From: Lama glama
Lineage: Eukaryota
Direction: 5' to 3'
Length of the DNA stretch: 64,000 nt
Assembly: GCA_028534125.1 (NCBI GenBank)
Contig: CM052818.1
Location: 35,094,001-35,158,000, forward strand
Below, one piece after another: positions 25,990 to 37,947 of this stretch. The stretch's first letter is position 1. The number at the start of each line of letters is the position of its first letter. A model generated the notes under the pieces. It searched no databases, was not told the DNA's origin, and saw nothing but the letters and a program-made list of their open reading frames with translations. The translations under genes and the position numbers were made by a program.

Positions 25990-27479
25990 AAAGAATTTAC
26001 AGCCATCTTTAATGTACTGCAGCCTAGTTTTCTTACCCTTTTAAATAATTTGAGCTTTTTGCATGGAGGTCTTGAAGATTTATTATTATTATTCCCAATA
26101 GTTTTAAGAGGCTAGCTATCAGAATTGGTCATTCTGGGGTCATTTCCCCCAGTACTTGTGAGCCCTTTCATTTTGTAGGTTTATATTTTCTTTTTTCCAG
26201 CAAGTTTCTTAGATTAGAGTTTTAACATATGTGAAACTTCAGCTCCATATATGCTGGACATTCTTTGCTTGTATTCAAGTGACATTACAAAGAGAGAAAG
26301 AAACCATGACCGAGAGCAGTGCAGGGATGTGATGGGGACAGAAGCTACACAGCCATGGGTTGGGGAGGGAGAAGGTGTTGAGTTGACAGAGATGAGTGTA
26401 AACTACCTTCAAGACATTTGTGAAGGAAAAGGCAGGGAGAGAGTAGTAACCAGAACACAATCTAGAGTGACAGAGTGGTTTCTTCCTTTTTCTTTAGAAC
26501 AGGAAAAGCTTGAATATGAATAGAAAATGAAGGAAAAGGACAAGGAGGTAAAATAAATGGATAACTTTGGGAGTGATGGAGGGGAGGATGATTGAGATAT
26601 GTTTGAAAGAAGTTTTCTGAGGATGTGAGAGGTGGTGAAATACAGAACCAAGGTGGAGAAATGCTAGTAAGAGTTTATTTAAGGTGGTTATTCCCAGAAT
26701 TGCCAGCCCACACACTGAAATTACTGTGGTTTCAATCAATAGGGCTAACACAGCAAGCAATATTCACAAATTTATTTTACATCATTTACACATCTTTTCT
26801 CCAAAGGACAAGATCAATGTTTTATCCTTTCAATGCCTCCCATGTAGCTGGTCCTCAAGTTGTAAGTGAATAAACAAAATGTCTCTAACCTGGGTTCCGA
26901 ATATCTTAACATATTCAAAACATAGTTACGACTCTGCATCCAAGTGAAAAGTCTTCTGAGCAGGCAAAATGTCACAAAAATCCATGTGTGATAGGCGATG
27001 TCAATTTTTTTTTTTTGAGGAACCTGTTTACTCTCACTTAACAAAGTAGGTTACCAGCATTTCCTTCACTATAGGAGTTTAAAATTGGAAAATGAGAGGA
27101 GGAGGAAGAGGATGTTCTAAAGGGAGGTAGGCGGGCAGACAGCAGGAGATGGCACTATCTGCCTTACCATAAGTCGCCAAAAGGCAATGAAAAACCAGAT
27201 TCAAAGCATACAGGCCTGGACTCTCTTAGCTTAGGGATTTACATCCTTCGCTAAGATGTCAAAAATCCTTAAAGGACACTGCTGTGTTGAGCCTTAAATA
27301 ATGTTGAGAAAAATTATCCTTCCAGTCGTTAAAAAAAAGCTTTGCTGTTCCTCATTTGGCATCATCTCCTGTTTCACACAGTTTGGAAAGGATTCTATCA
27401 AAAACGGATATTAAGACAAAAAAGCTGATGCTGAGATGGTAAACCTTGGCTACTCTCTATTCCTTTGCCCAAGCTGTTT

Positions 27480-27820
27480 ACCTAACCTTTGATGCCCTCT
27501 CTTTTTTTTTCTCCTAGAACTTCTCTCTTTTTCCTCCTTGCTGGCGGAACACAAATGCCACCTTTTCCAGGAACCCCTCCGCATCGTCCAAGCGGAAGTA
27601 ATCTCTTCCTCTTATGCCCTCCACAGCATCTCACTATGGCTTGGCTTTGCATGGGTCACCAGACCTGGCTGTTTACACGGCTGCTTTTCCACTAAGTTAT
27701 GTGCTCCTCGAGACCAGAGACCGTGACCGTGACGGTGTACCCACACAGCACCTGGTACAGCGCTACAGCGCTAGGCATGGAGTCGGTGCTCAGCAAACAG
27801 TTGCTGAGTTGAATTGATTT
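27480..27820 (+). mobile_element. L2 3' end immediately upstream of the CpG island
   Basis: AAATGCCACCTTTTCCAGGAACCC...CAGCACCTGGTACAG...GGTGCTCAGCAAAC.GTTGCTGAGTTGAAT. Confidence 0.6.
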
Positions 27821-27993
27821 GGAAAAAGCACTCAGGGCAGGGTCTTGTGCTCGAGGAGCGCATGAATGATTCACGGGGGTGGTTCTTTGCATTCTTCACC
27901 TTGTAGTCACGTCGGGTCGAGCATCCAGCTGGCGGGGCACATACCTGTGGAGTTGAAGCGCACCTCCGCCGGCCGCCGCTGCCTCGCGGGAGG

Positions 27994-28010
27994 AGCCAGC
28001 AGGGGGCAAA
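27994..28010 (+). promoter_or_regulatory. Candidate CTCF site upstream of the DTNB TSS
   Basis: CCAGCAGGGGGCA (27996-28008) matches the core CCASYAGRKGGCR. Confidence 0.55.
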
Positions 28011-28239
28011 TTCCACCCCCCCCCCCCTCGCCGGGAAGCCTGAGGGCGAGCTGGGGCGGCGGGTCTCGCCCGGCCGCGGGGGGCGGGGCTCGAGGGGAAC
28101 TCGGCCCACTGGCCCGCCCCCTCCTCGGCGCGGCGGAAGCCCTGCCCCAAGCCGCGCGCTCGCGCAGGCGGCGCGTGCCCGCCTCCCGCCCTGCGCCCTC
28201 GCGCCCTCGCGCCGGGGGCGGGCTCGCTGCGCGTGCCGG

Positions 28240-28406
28240 GCGGGGAAGCGGCGCGAGCCGGGCGCCTGAGAACGTTCGCCGCGGGGGCGGCTCCGGGGCC
28301 TGAGCGGGCGCCACCGCCGCCTCAGCCGCGGGGGCCGGGCCGGAGGAGGCGGAGGAGGCTGCGGCCGCCGGAGACCTTCTCAACGCCCCCCAGCTCCGGC
28401 CGGGAA
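28240..28406 (+). other. DTNB: DTNB non-coding exon 1 (5' UTR); 5' boundary approximate
   Basis: Lies in the CpG island, contains no ATG, and ends at a strong donor GGGAA|GTGAGT (28407-28412). This is the only CpG island upstream of exon 2. Confidence 0.8.
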
Positions 28407-30525
28407 GTGAGTACGGCAGGGATCTGCGGCGGCGGCCGCCGCAGTCTGCAAGAGAGGAGCGCGGTGCCGGAGCCTCGCGCCCGCTAGGAGCGAGAAGTCC
28501 GCACAGCCCCCGCACCTCGGGAGCCTGCGGGGTCGCAGGGCAGGGAGCGGGGAGACGGCGCGCGGGGAGCCGGGGCCGCTGCACCGCCCGCGCTGTGCGC
28601 GGAGACGGCGCCGCGCTCCCGGCCTTGGAGGGGCGAGCGGAGGGGATGGAGCGGAGACCCGGGCCGGCGTTGCCGGGCTCTGAGCCCGGGGCTGGGAAGG
28701 GGGCTCCGAGGTCCCCGGCGCACTGTGGCCGCCAGGCGGGGAGCCGGGGTGCAGGCGCCGGGCTGATGCTGCTGGAGCCCGGCTCGCTGGGAAGAGGCTC
28801 TGCGTTAGGTGTTGAAGGGGGCGAAGGAGGCAGGTCCTGGCAGAGGGCAGGTGAGGCAGGCAGGCCCTGGCAGAGGGAAGGGAATTCATATCATCCCAAA
28901 ACACTATTTCCCGAGACGCCTAGCATTGAACCTGTGCACTGAGGTCACCCTTTAAAGGAAAGTGTCCTGAGAGGAGGGAGGATGTAGCTAACAAATGCTT
29001 GCTGTTAAATTCCTGTGCCAGGCCTTGGGATTAGGAAGACCTTCCAGCATTCTCAGCAGACGTTTATTGATTAGCTCTCGTGGGTAGAAAGCCGTGGTCA
29101 GCACTGGGGCCACAAAATTGTGTAAAACGCAACTATCATTTGCTATTTAGGTGCTGACAATTTGGTTATGAAGTTACGCCTATAAAATACAAAGCAGCAT
29201 TGAATTTTGTCTCATCCCTTAATTACTTTAGGTCTCTTTTTCCGAGTAATGGGAAATTGGAGCCATTAAATTGCTTGGTTTGGGGATTAAAGCAGGAGGG
29301 TCAAAGAAGCTCGTGGGAGGAATTTGGAAGAGTTTTGAAAGCACTTCTGTGTAACATTTAAAGGAAGAGAAAGAAAAAAAAAAAGAAAGAAAAGAGAAAG
29401 GAACAGGAGGTTGGAAAGAGGTAAGAAGTTCCCTTCCTTGCCACGTAGAATGAAGCTCCATGACCATTAACTGCTAAATCCTCAATGACACGAACAGTGC
29501 CTGACCCACAGCAGGCACTGAATACCTACCTATTGCATGAGTGAATGAACCGAGCATAGAACCATGCTCTATTTACACCTAGCACTGTTGATCAATCTGG
29601 TGTTAGGGATGGCTGATGGACTTCCCTTGTTCCTCAGGTTTTGTTTTGTTTGTTTGTTTGTTTGTTTTTGCCATGTAAGGTAACCCAGGTTCTTGGGTCT
29701 GGGCATTTAAAGCAGTGGCTAAGGTGATGGAGTGGTGGTATCTGGTGGCCTGGCTGCCGCCTTCACATCTTTATTGCCTGTTGGCGGCCAGGAGCCTACT
29801 CCTTGGGCCTTTGCTTCAAATCATCCCATTCTAGCCCTTCTCTTTTGTATCACTTGAGGATGGAGAGTTCTAGAGAACATTCTTTCATTTTCATCCTGAT
29901 TCTTGGATCTTAGATCTGTAGTGAGAGGATAAATCTCAGCTCTTCTGTAAGGGCGGGGATTCTGCCTTTTCTCTGCCGTGCTTGGATTTCTGGGCTCCCT
30001 AGCTCCAGGCTGCTGTTTCAGGTGCCTGGGTTGCAGTGCCTGTTGGGTTACTTTGTCTGCCAAATCAAAACTTGACCTTTTATGAGTTCTGGGAGGATTT
30101 TTATCATACATAAGTGGAATTACCTTTGAAGGGGGTTGTGTAGTCAAGGTAGTGCTGGCAGGAGTTTTGAGTGTCCAGTATGCTTGAGAGACAAAATTTC
30201 TACTTCATTAGAAGGTTAGACTTAGAACCAATCAAATGCCAAGTTACCATTTATTTTATGTGTTTAATATAAATCTCTCAGGACCTATATTTCCTTGTAT
30301 AAAAATAAAATGTTAATTCAAATTTGGCATTGTGTAGTAAGCCTTGAAGAACTAAGTTTATTTCTCTTTAGTTTTAGGGCTGTGTACTTGAGAGTGCAGC
30401 TAGCAGCTGTCTGCTAGTTCTTCTTTTGGAATGCCTAGGTCCTATAATTTTGTATGCCTTGTTCCAGATTTTCTCTGTGATATTATGTTTTTTTTAATTT
30501 ATGAATTTAATTTATATTTGTTTCT

Positions 30526-30652
30526 TTTGAGGGGGAGGGGAGAGGTAATTAGGCATTTGTTTATTTATTTTTTAATGGAGTTACTGGGGATTGAACCCAG
30601 GACCCCATGCATGCTAAGCACACACTCTACCACTGAGCTGTACCCTCCCCCC
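30526..30652 (-). mobile_element. tRNA-derived SINE (vic-1-like, long form)
   Basis: A and B boxes, plus a CCTAATTACCTCTCCC segment. TSD TTATATTT(G/A)TTTCT at 30512-30525 and 30653-30666. Confidence 0.9.
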
Positions 30653-30753
30653 TTATATTTATTTCTAAATCAACTTTATTGGTGTATGGTTTTCACGTCA
30701 TAAAACGCACAGATGTCCCATGCAGAGTTGGATGAGTTTGAAAAATGTATATA

Positions 30754-31060
30754 CAGAGCTTCCTACTCTTATGGTGGGGTTACATCAGATAAACCCATTG
30801 TAAGTTGAAAGTGTAGTACGTTGAAAATGCATCTTAGCCTAGCCTACCTTAAACATGCTCAGAATACTTACATTAGCCTCCAGTTGGGCAGAAGCATCTA
30901 ACACAATGCCTATTTTATGATAAAGTGTTGAATGTCTCACGTAATTTATTGAATGCTGTACTGTAAGTGAAAAGCAGAATGGTTGTATGAGTACAGAATG
31001 GTTGTGAGTATCTCAGTTGTTTACTTGTGATCCAAACCATTGTAAGTTACAGACTGTCTA
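30754..31060. mobile_element. MER47A-like Tigger (TcMar) element
   Basis: GGGGTTACATC.GATAAACCCATTGTAAGTTGAAA...TTAGCCTAGCCTACCTTAAACATGCTCAGAA, flanked by TA. Confidence 0.8.
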
Positions 31061-31479
31061 TACTTTGTACCTACCATCCCAATCAAGATACAGAAATTTA
31101 CATCATCCCAGAAACTCCCTCAAGCTGGTTTGCAGTCAGTACTCTTATCCTCTCTCATTTTATTTATTTCTAATTACATAGGCATAACTGTGGCCTCTAG
31201 TGCAGGAGGTGTGCTGCCCAACTTTAGGGGATACCAGTCGCATTGGAGTCCCTGTGAATGGCTGCTCCTGGGGTTGTTGCGGGCACAGCCTGTGGCTGCG
31301 TACTGCAGCTCTGCAGATGGCTCATGAATGCACACTCTTAGAAAATACTCAGACAGTAAAGACAGAATGAAAGCCGCTGACCCACTCCCTTCTCCGCCGA
31401 AACTGGAGTTATCAGTTTGTTGGGATTCTTCCAGATCTTTCTCTATACATTTTCATCTATATATAGATAATACAGAAAA

Positions 31480-34400
31480 AACTAGGGTTTTCCTCCACAC
31501 CCGCAGTAATGACATGAAACTGTACACATTGGTCTGCAACTTTTTTTCTAGCAGGGCATCTGTGATCTTTCCATGATGGCACATAAAGATCTGCCTGATT
31601 CTTCTTGACTGCTACACAATCCCTTATGCAGTATGTATTGTACTGTAGTTTATTTACCCTCTCCTCATTAATGGCCCTTAAAGCTGTTTGCCATTTTACA
31701 CACTGCTGCAGTGAGTGGAAAGTAGAATTGCTGGGTCAAAGGGGTGCACTTTTAAATTAATTGATGGAGACTTAACCACATTGCTACTTGTGGATCTAGT
31801 TCATTTGTTTTTAAATGCTGAGTAGTGTTCAGTTGTAGACTTACATCACTGTTTATGTATCCTTCACTCACTGACAGACAGTTAGGTTACTTTGAATATT
31901 AATTCATTGATGGATTTATATGTTGCCAAAGCATCCTGCCACTCTGAGGCTTGCCTTTTCCCTTTGTTAACAATGGCTTTGGTCGTATACACATTTAAAA
32001 GTTTAATGTTATACTTACGAAAAAAATTTCCATTAAATTAAAAAAAATGGTTTCTGTGTCTCTGGTTTAAGTAAATTTTCTCTGCCCCAGGGTATGAATT
32101 ATATATATATCTGTATTTTCTTCTAAAAATTTTTAAAAAGTTTTGCTTTCTGTGTAGAACTTCTATATGGTATAATGAAGAGAAACGATTTTTTTTTCAT
32201 TTTGGATAACCAGTTTTAAAGTACTTTTTCTCAACTCTTTTTTTTTTTAGTGTGCTAAAATACCCATAACATACAGTATACTATTTTAACCATTTTTAAT
32301 TGTACAGTTCGGTGGCGTTAAGTACATTTACATTGTTGAACAACCATCACTATCCATCTCCAGAACATTTTTATCTTTCTCAGCTGAAACTCTGTACCCA
32401 TTAAACATTAACTCCCCATTCTTTCTTCCCCACCAGGCCCTGGCAGCCACCATTCTGCTTTCTGTCTCTGTGAGTTTGACTACTCTTAGTTACCTCATAT
32501 AAGTGGAATCATACAATATTTGTCCTTTTGTGTCTGGCACATTTCACTTAGCGTGTCTTCAGAGTTCGTCTATATTGTAGCATGTGTCAGGATTTCCTTA
32601 ATTTTTAAGGATGAATATTATACTGTTGCATGTATATATCATATTTGTTTATTCAGTCATCCGTCAGCAGACACTTGGGTTGCCTCTACCTTTTTTGCTA
32701 CTGTGAATAATGCTGCTATGAACATGGGTGTGCAAATACTGTTCAAGTCCCTGCATTCATCTCTCTTGTATGCATACCCAGAAGTGGAACTGTCCTTGAT
32801 AATTAAAAAAAATTATATACATAAATGCATATGATCAAAATGAGTGGATAGTACAGAGAGTTCCTATATACCCTCTTTTCCTTATGTGCACTTTCTCATT
32901 ATTGACGTCTTGCATTAGTTACAACTGATGAATATGTATTGATACGTTATTAACTTAAGTTCATTGTTTACATTAAGCTTCACTGTTTGTGTTGTACAGT
33001 TCTGTGGGTTTTGACAAATGCAAAATGTTATCGTATGACATTTCATGTAATGTCATTGCAGTATCATACAGAATAATTTCATTGCCCTAGAATCCCTTGT
33101 ATTCCACCCATTCATTCCTCCCTCCCTCCTACTGAGCTCCTGGTAACCACTGATCATTTTACTACATCTGTAATTTTTCCTTTTCCTGAATGTCACTTAG
33201 TTTGGATCATACAGTATTGGAGCCTTTCAGACTGGTTTCTTTCACTTAGCATTATGCCTTTAAGTTTCCTCTGTGTCCTTTCTTGACTTGATAGCTCATT
33301 TCTTTTCATTACTGAATAATATTTTATTGTGTAAAAGTACTACAGCTTGTTTATCCATTCATCTGTTGGAAGATACCTTGGTTACTTCTAGTTTTTGGCA
33401 GTTATGAATAAAGCTTCTATAAATATTCATGTGCAGGTTTTTGTGTGGACATAAGTTTTCCACTCTCTTGGGTAAATACCTAGGAGCTTGATTGCTGGGT
33501 CGTATGGTAAGAGTATGTGTAGCTTTGTAAGAAACTGCTTGTCTTCCAAAGTGGCTGTCAAATTTTACATTCCCAATAATTAAAAATATATATATCCTGC
33601 CACTCTAAATGTACTTTAAAAAAGTCTTTGTTAGACTGTTGTGTAAAATTACACATCTGGTATAAATTTATGTTCTAATTGTTGCTTTTGTTGGCTGTCG
33701 TTCTTAGCCTTACATTTCTTTATGTGTTTTTTGAAATTTTGATTTACAGACTCATTTGAGGGTGAGTACTTTTGATTTTGTTTCTCTTACTTCTGTGCTC
33801 ACCTTCTCTGTGTGGTGACATTTCAGGTGCTTCCACTGACTTCCTGAACTCTAGTCAAGAAATCAGATATGATAATGGTGGGTCAGGGTCTCGCTCTTTG
33901 AGGAAGTGGGGCTATTTTAGATCCACTGAGAGTATGTGAATGTTTTGGTTCAATTCTTGGTCATGAGGCTGGGTTTTTATCTTCTCACTTTTCTAAGCCC
34001 AGAGCACCAGGTAAACTGCAGTTCTAGGCAGAGACTGGCAGCAGTACTTTTTAGCTTCCTTTTAGCTCCAACCTCATCCTTGGCTTTAAGCAGTGGGTCT
34101 GGCTCAGATGTCCCGTTTCTCTACCTCCTTCACTTTGTGTCACTGTCGCCCTACAGGAAGTATCCACCTGCTTCTAGACCCAGAGTCCAGCAAGCTTGTA
34201 GCTTCCATCCTGCTCAAAGCTTTGTGTATCTGTTCTGTTTCTGATCCAAGTAGACGGTTATGTTGTTTTTGAGCCTTCTTAGTAGCTTAAAAATGTGTTT
34301 TAAACTATTTTATCTATTCCTGTGTATTTGGAGCAGAGGGGATGCATCAGAGTGTTTACTTACAGAGCTACCTTGACCAGACTTAATTGACCAGCCTTCT

Positions 34401-34710
34401 TTCTAAACTTTATCCCACTTATCTTGTTTTCTGTGTTATTGCAACGCTTAGACTCTCCAGTGCAAAAGTTGAATAGCAGTGATGATAAGGGGCATTTAAA
34501 TCTTTTTCCTGAGTGGGAAGCTTCCAGTGTTCCACTATTAGATATGATACTTACTGAAGGTTTCTGGTAGATGTCTTTGTCAAGTTCAGGAAGTTTTCTT
34601 CTGTTCTTGGTTTGTCTTTTTATTGTGTGTTGAATTTTATTGAGACATTTGTTGAGGCTTTTTTGGCATTTGTTGAAATTATCATTGTTTTCCATTTAGT
34701 ATGTTAAGAG
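31480..34710 (-). mobile_element. Cluster of old L1M fragments in intron 1
   Basis: L1MB/MC-type 3' UTRs at ~32250-32790 and ~32830-33580. ORF 34360..34695 (DIYQKPSVSIISN...CPLSSLLFN) resembles L1 RT. Confidence 0.75.
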
Positions 34711-35149
34711 CAGGGCAGACCTTTCTGAGTTGTAGATAACTGAGAGAACAGATATACTGTATATGATTTACTTGTTAATACATTTTTAACAACAAAAAAA
34801 TAAACTTTTAAAGAGAACACATTTTCGTCTTGAGTTTTTGTATATTAACAACACTATAAACTGTATATTATAACATTATAAGCTATGTATTACAGCATTT
34901 CAGCAATAATCCGGTTTGGACTAAATATTCTTGTAACTCAGCTTCATTGTAATCAAATAGGGCTCAGTAAATAAAATTTTTTTTTGGTAAATTTTGGGAC
35001 TCTATAAGGACTTTTTCAGCCCCTAACGATTCCAGCTTCTTCCTGGCTTCTTTTTCTAGACTCTTTACTGCCTGCCCCCTTTTATCTCTACTTGCTCTGT
35101 CTCCTTTTGCCAGAGACTTTCTTTTGCAAGTAACAGTGACTTATTTATT

Positions 35150-35370
35150 GTGATGCTACTTACTGTGTGTCAGGGAATTTTCATAGATCATGGCTACACT
35201 TTAGTCTTTACCAAGTGTGGAGGCGAGGTGTGGTATCACAGTGTATGGGTGAGGAAATTGAGCACAGAGGAGTTAAAAACCTGTTCAGGGCTACACAGCT
35301 AATCAGCTGTGGAGGTGGTATTTGAACCCAGGTCCAATCTCACAGCCCATGTTCTTTCCACATGCTGTCT
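35150..35370 (-). mobile_element. MIR SINE
   Basis: GGTGAGGAAATTGAGCACAGAGGAGTTAA...ACACAGCTAAT...ATTTGAACCCAGGTC. Confidence 0.7.
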
Positions 35371-37066
35371 CTAAACAAGACTGTTTCATGTTCCAAGTTC
35401 AAATTGGATTTTGCCTTTTGGCTTACCCACATAATTCCTGAGCACGGTGATATGACCACTATGTGTTTCCAATAAGATTTCTGTGAAAGACTTGCTCTTC
35501 ATAAGATACTTCACTGTTTTTTGCCAGTCTGACGTTTCACATGTTCTTGAACAGTTTCTTATAATGACTAAACCTTTCATAACTGCACAAACAAAAATAG
35601 AATGATTTGATTTAGGTTGGAACACATTTAATTGGTCTTATTTTCCTCCCAACTAATTCCAAAGTCATTTGAAAAAGTAATTAATAGTAATTCTTATATA
35701 TCTTTCTAAAAAAACTTTTTAGGGACAAGCTTAGCTATAAAAATAACTAACAAGGATACCTTTTTTTTCTGAAATATGACTATGACAACTACAGTTTTGT
35801 GTGTCATTTCAAGACTGTACCCTTTCTGGTTCTTAACTTTTAATGTTTCCTTATTAGGTAAGTAGTTTAGTATCTTTGCTTAGAACTGAAATTTTCTCCT
35901 TATGAACTAAGCAGCCTATGGCAGGTTTTTGGAAAAACTCTGAGGTTTGTCTTTAGCAGACTAGAGGCATCTGTTTCTCCTTTTTGTGTCTTCCTTTCCC
36001 CCAGTTTTCTTATATTTTATTCTTTGATTCCTTGGGAACACTGCATTTCTACCTCTTTACCTCCTTTCATTGTATTAAAACCCTTTCTCTATGCCAAATT
36101 TAAAATGTTGCAAATGATTGATAACAAAGTATTTACTCTTCTTCCAACTTTATATTTTTATACTTTTAAATCAGAAGAAATGTAAATTAAGAGAAAGGAG
36201 CCTTGCCAATAGAATTCCAATCTAGGCTTCATCCAAGAGAGTAGTTACATAATAATGTCAGTAATAGTAGCTAACATTTATTAGGCTCTTATTTTGTGCC
36301 AGGCATTGTGCTAAATGCTTTACATCATTTATTTAACAGCTGCCATAACCCTGTGGGGTTATATTTGCTATTCAGAGCACTGGGTAGTTATGGAGTGCAG
36401 TCATGAATAAAAAAGTTCCTTTTTATTGGAACTTAGAGACTGTTTTCAAATTTGTTAAAAAAAAAAGTCAATCTCTATGGTTTTACAAAGTTTGCTTTTT
36501 CTGTCATTTTTTTTTTAATCTGAAAGAGAAGAGGAAAGAAGTATTAGAGGAAGGATAGTCGAGAATTTTCCTGAAATAAGCAGGGAAGTTAGTTCTCTCG
36601 AGGGAAGTTTGATTAGTTACAGCTAAGGACTTATTAGTGACAATCTCAGTCACCTCTGACTCCTTAATGAAGGGAGCATCCAGAGAAAAACTGACAGGAG
36701 TTTGCTGGGAGACAGTGAACTTGAACAAGTCGTTTTGATACCTAGATGCTTTGAAGTAACTGAGACCTGGAAGTTAAGACATGAACAGAAAGATTCAAGG
36801 GGAGTGATGCATACTTAACACTTAGGTGCAGTGCAGGGACTTTCTGGAACATTTCTAGAACCTGCTCTTCTTTCCTTTAGTCTTGACTGTGGGATTTACT
36901 TAACTTCTGCCTGCAGACTGAGTCTAGCTCTGGAATACATTGCTTCCCTGACAGGACGAACGAGGGTCCAGACGTTTTGTTGCACTAGCCTCCGGACCCC
37001 ATTTAGCTGTGGCCTAGGGTCTGCTCCAGCGCCACGGTTTGGGGACTTGTGTTCTTTCCTCAGTCC

Positions 37067-37098
37067 TGGAGTCCCCGTGTTTGCCCTGGAGGGGGCGA
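37067..37098 (+). promoter_or_regulatory. Candidate intronic CTCF site with upstream module
   Basis: TGGAGTCCC-N6-TGCCCTGGAGGGGGCGA resembles the TGCAGTNCC upstream module plus the core motif. Confidence 0.4.
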
Positions 37099-37947
37099 TG
37101 TGGTACAGTGGAAAGAGAGTAGGCTTTATTGTCAAATTGGTGGCCTGACTCCACAAATTACTAGCTTTAACTTTGGGCCAAGTTAACTACCAATTAGGCT
37201 CTGAATTTCCTCGTCTGATCCTACCCTTCGTATCGCTCATTTGCTCCTCAAGCCTAGCACAGTCTCATCTTTTCATTCTAGTTTTTTTTTTTTTTTAAAG
37301 AGTAATGGTTTCTAAAGTGGGAGGCATGCAGGTTGATCTTCTATGCCGGGTATAACAGGAAAAAAAAAAGGCAATTAGCTTTACCAATATTTAATCCATA
37401 GGTTGACAGTTGACTCCATCTGTATGTCTGATGATATGTACCCGGTGTGGAGAGCTGGGTACCCTGAGAGGGGGACCGTGGGGACACCACAACCTGGAGG
37501 CACTGACAGCCTGAGCCTCCTTATTTGTTTGCTTACATCCTATTTGGACATATTACAGTTAACTCTGCCTGGTTTAGTGGTCTTTCAGATTATATTATCT
37601 GACTGGCATGAAATGAACCTTGCTGAGTGAATGGACAAAGGGCTTGAAAAGATTCCTGCAAAGAAACTGCAGATTGAAGTTTCAGATTTAACTGATGATT
37701 GAAGTGATAACACGAGGACCCATGAACAGCAGGAAACAAGCCGAGCTGATACTTCTACTTATGTTATGAACCTGTTGTCAGTCAGATGCAAAGTACAAAA
37801 TAGTAATAATCTAAGCAGATTGAAGGGGAATCATTAAAAAAGAAACCTTACATTTTTAAAAATACTATTTGGTATATAAGTTTATATATACCATTGAGTG
37901 TATTGTTCTTAAGCTTAATGACAGTACAAGGCTAATATCAGTTGAGA

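Larger units (their letters stand above)
27850..28800. promoter_or_regulatory. CpG island / TATA-less promoter of DTNB
   Basis: Very high GC and CpG density. Several GC boxes (GGGGCGGGG ~28079-28088, CCCGCCCC ~28113), ETS-like GCGGAAG (~28133), GCGC-rich NRF1-like stretch (~28154), GTCACGTC (~27906). Confidence 0.92.

Noticed and set aside
27771..28942. Many overlapping long ORFs (up to 225 aa) in the CpG island
   Set aside because: Low-complexity Ala/Arg/Gly/Pro translations on both strands are expected from stop-codon scarcity at very high GC; there is no recognisable protein.
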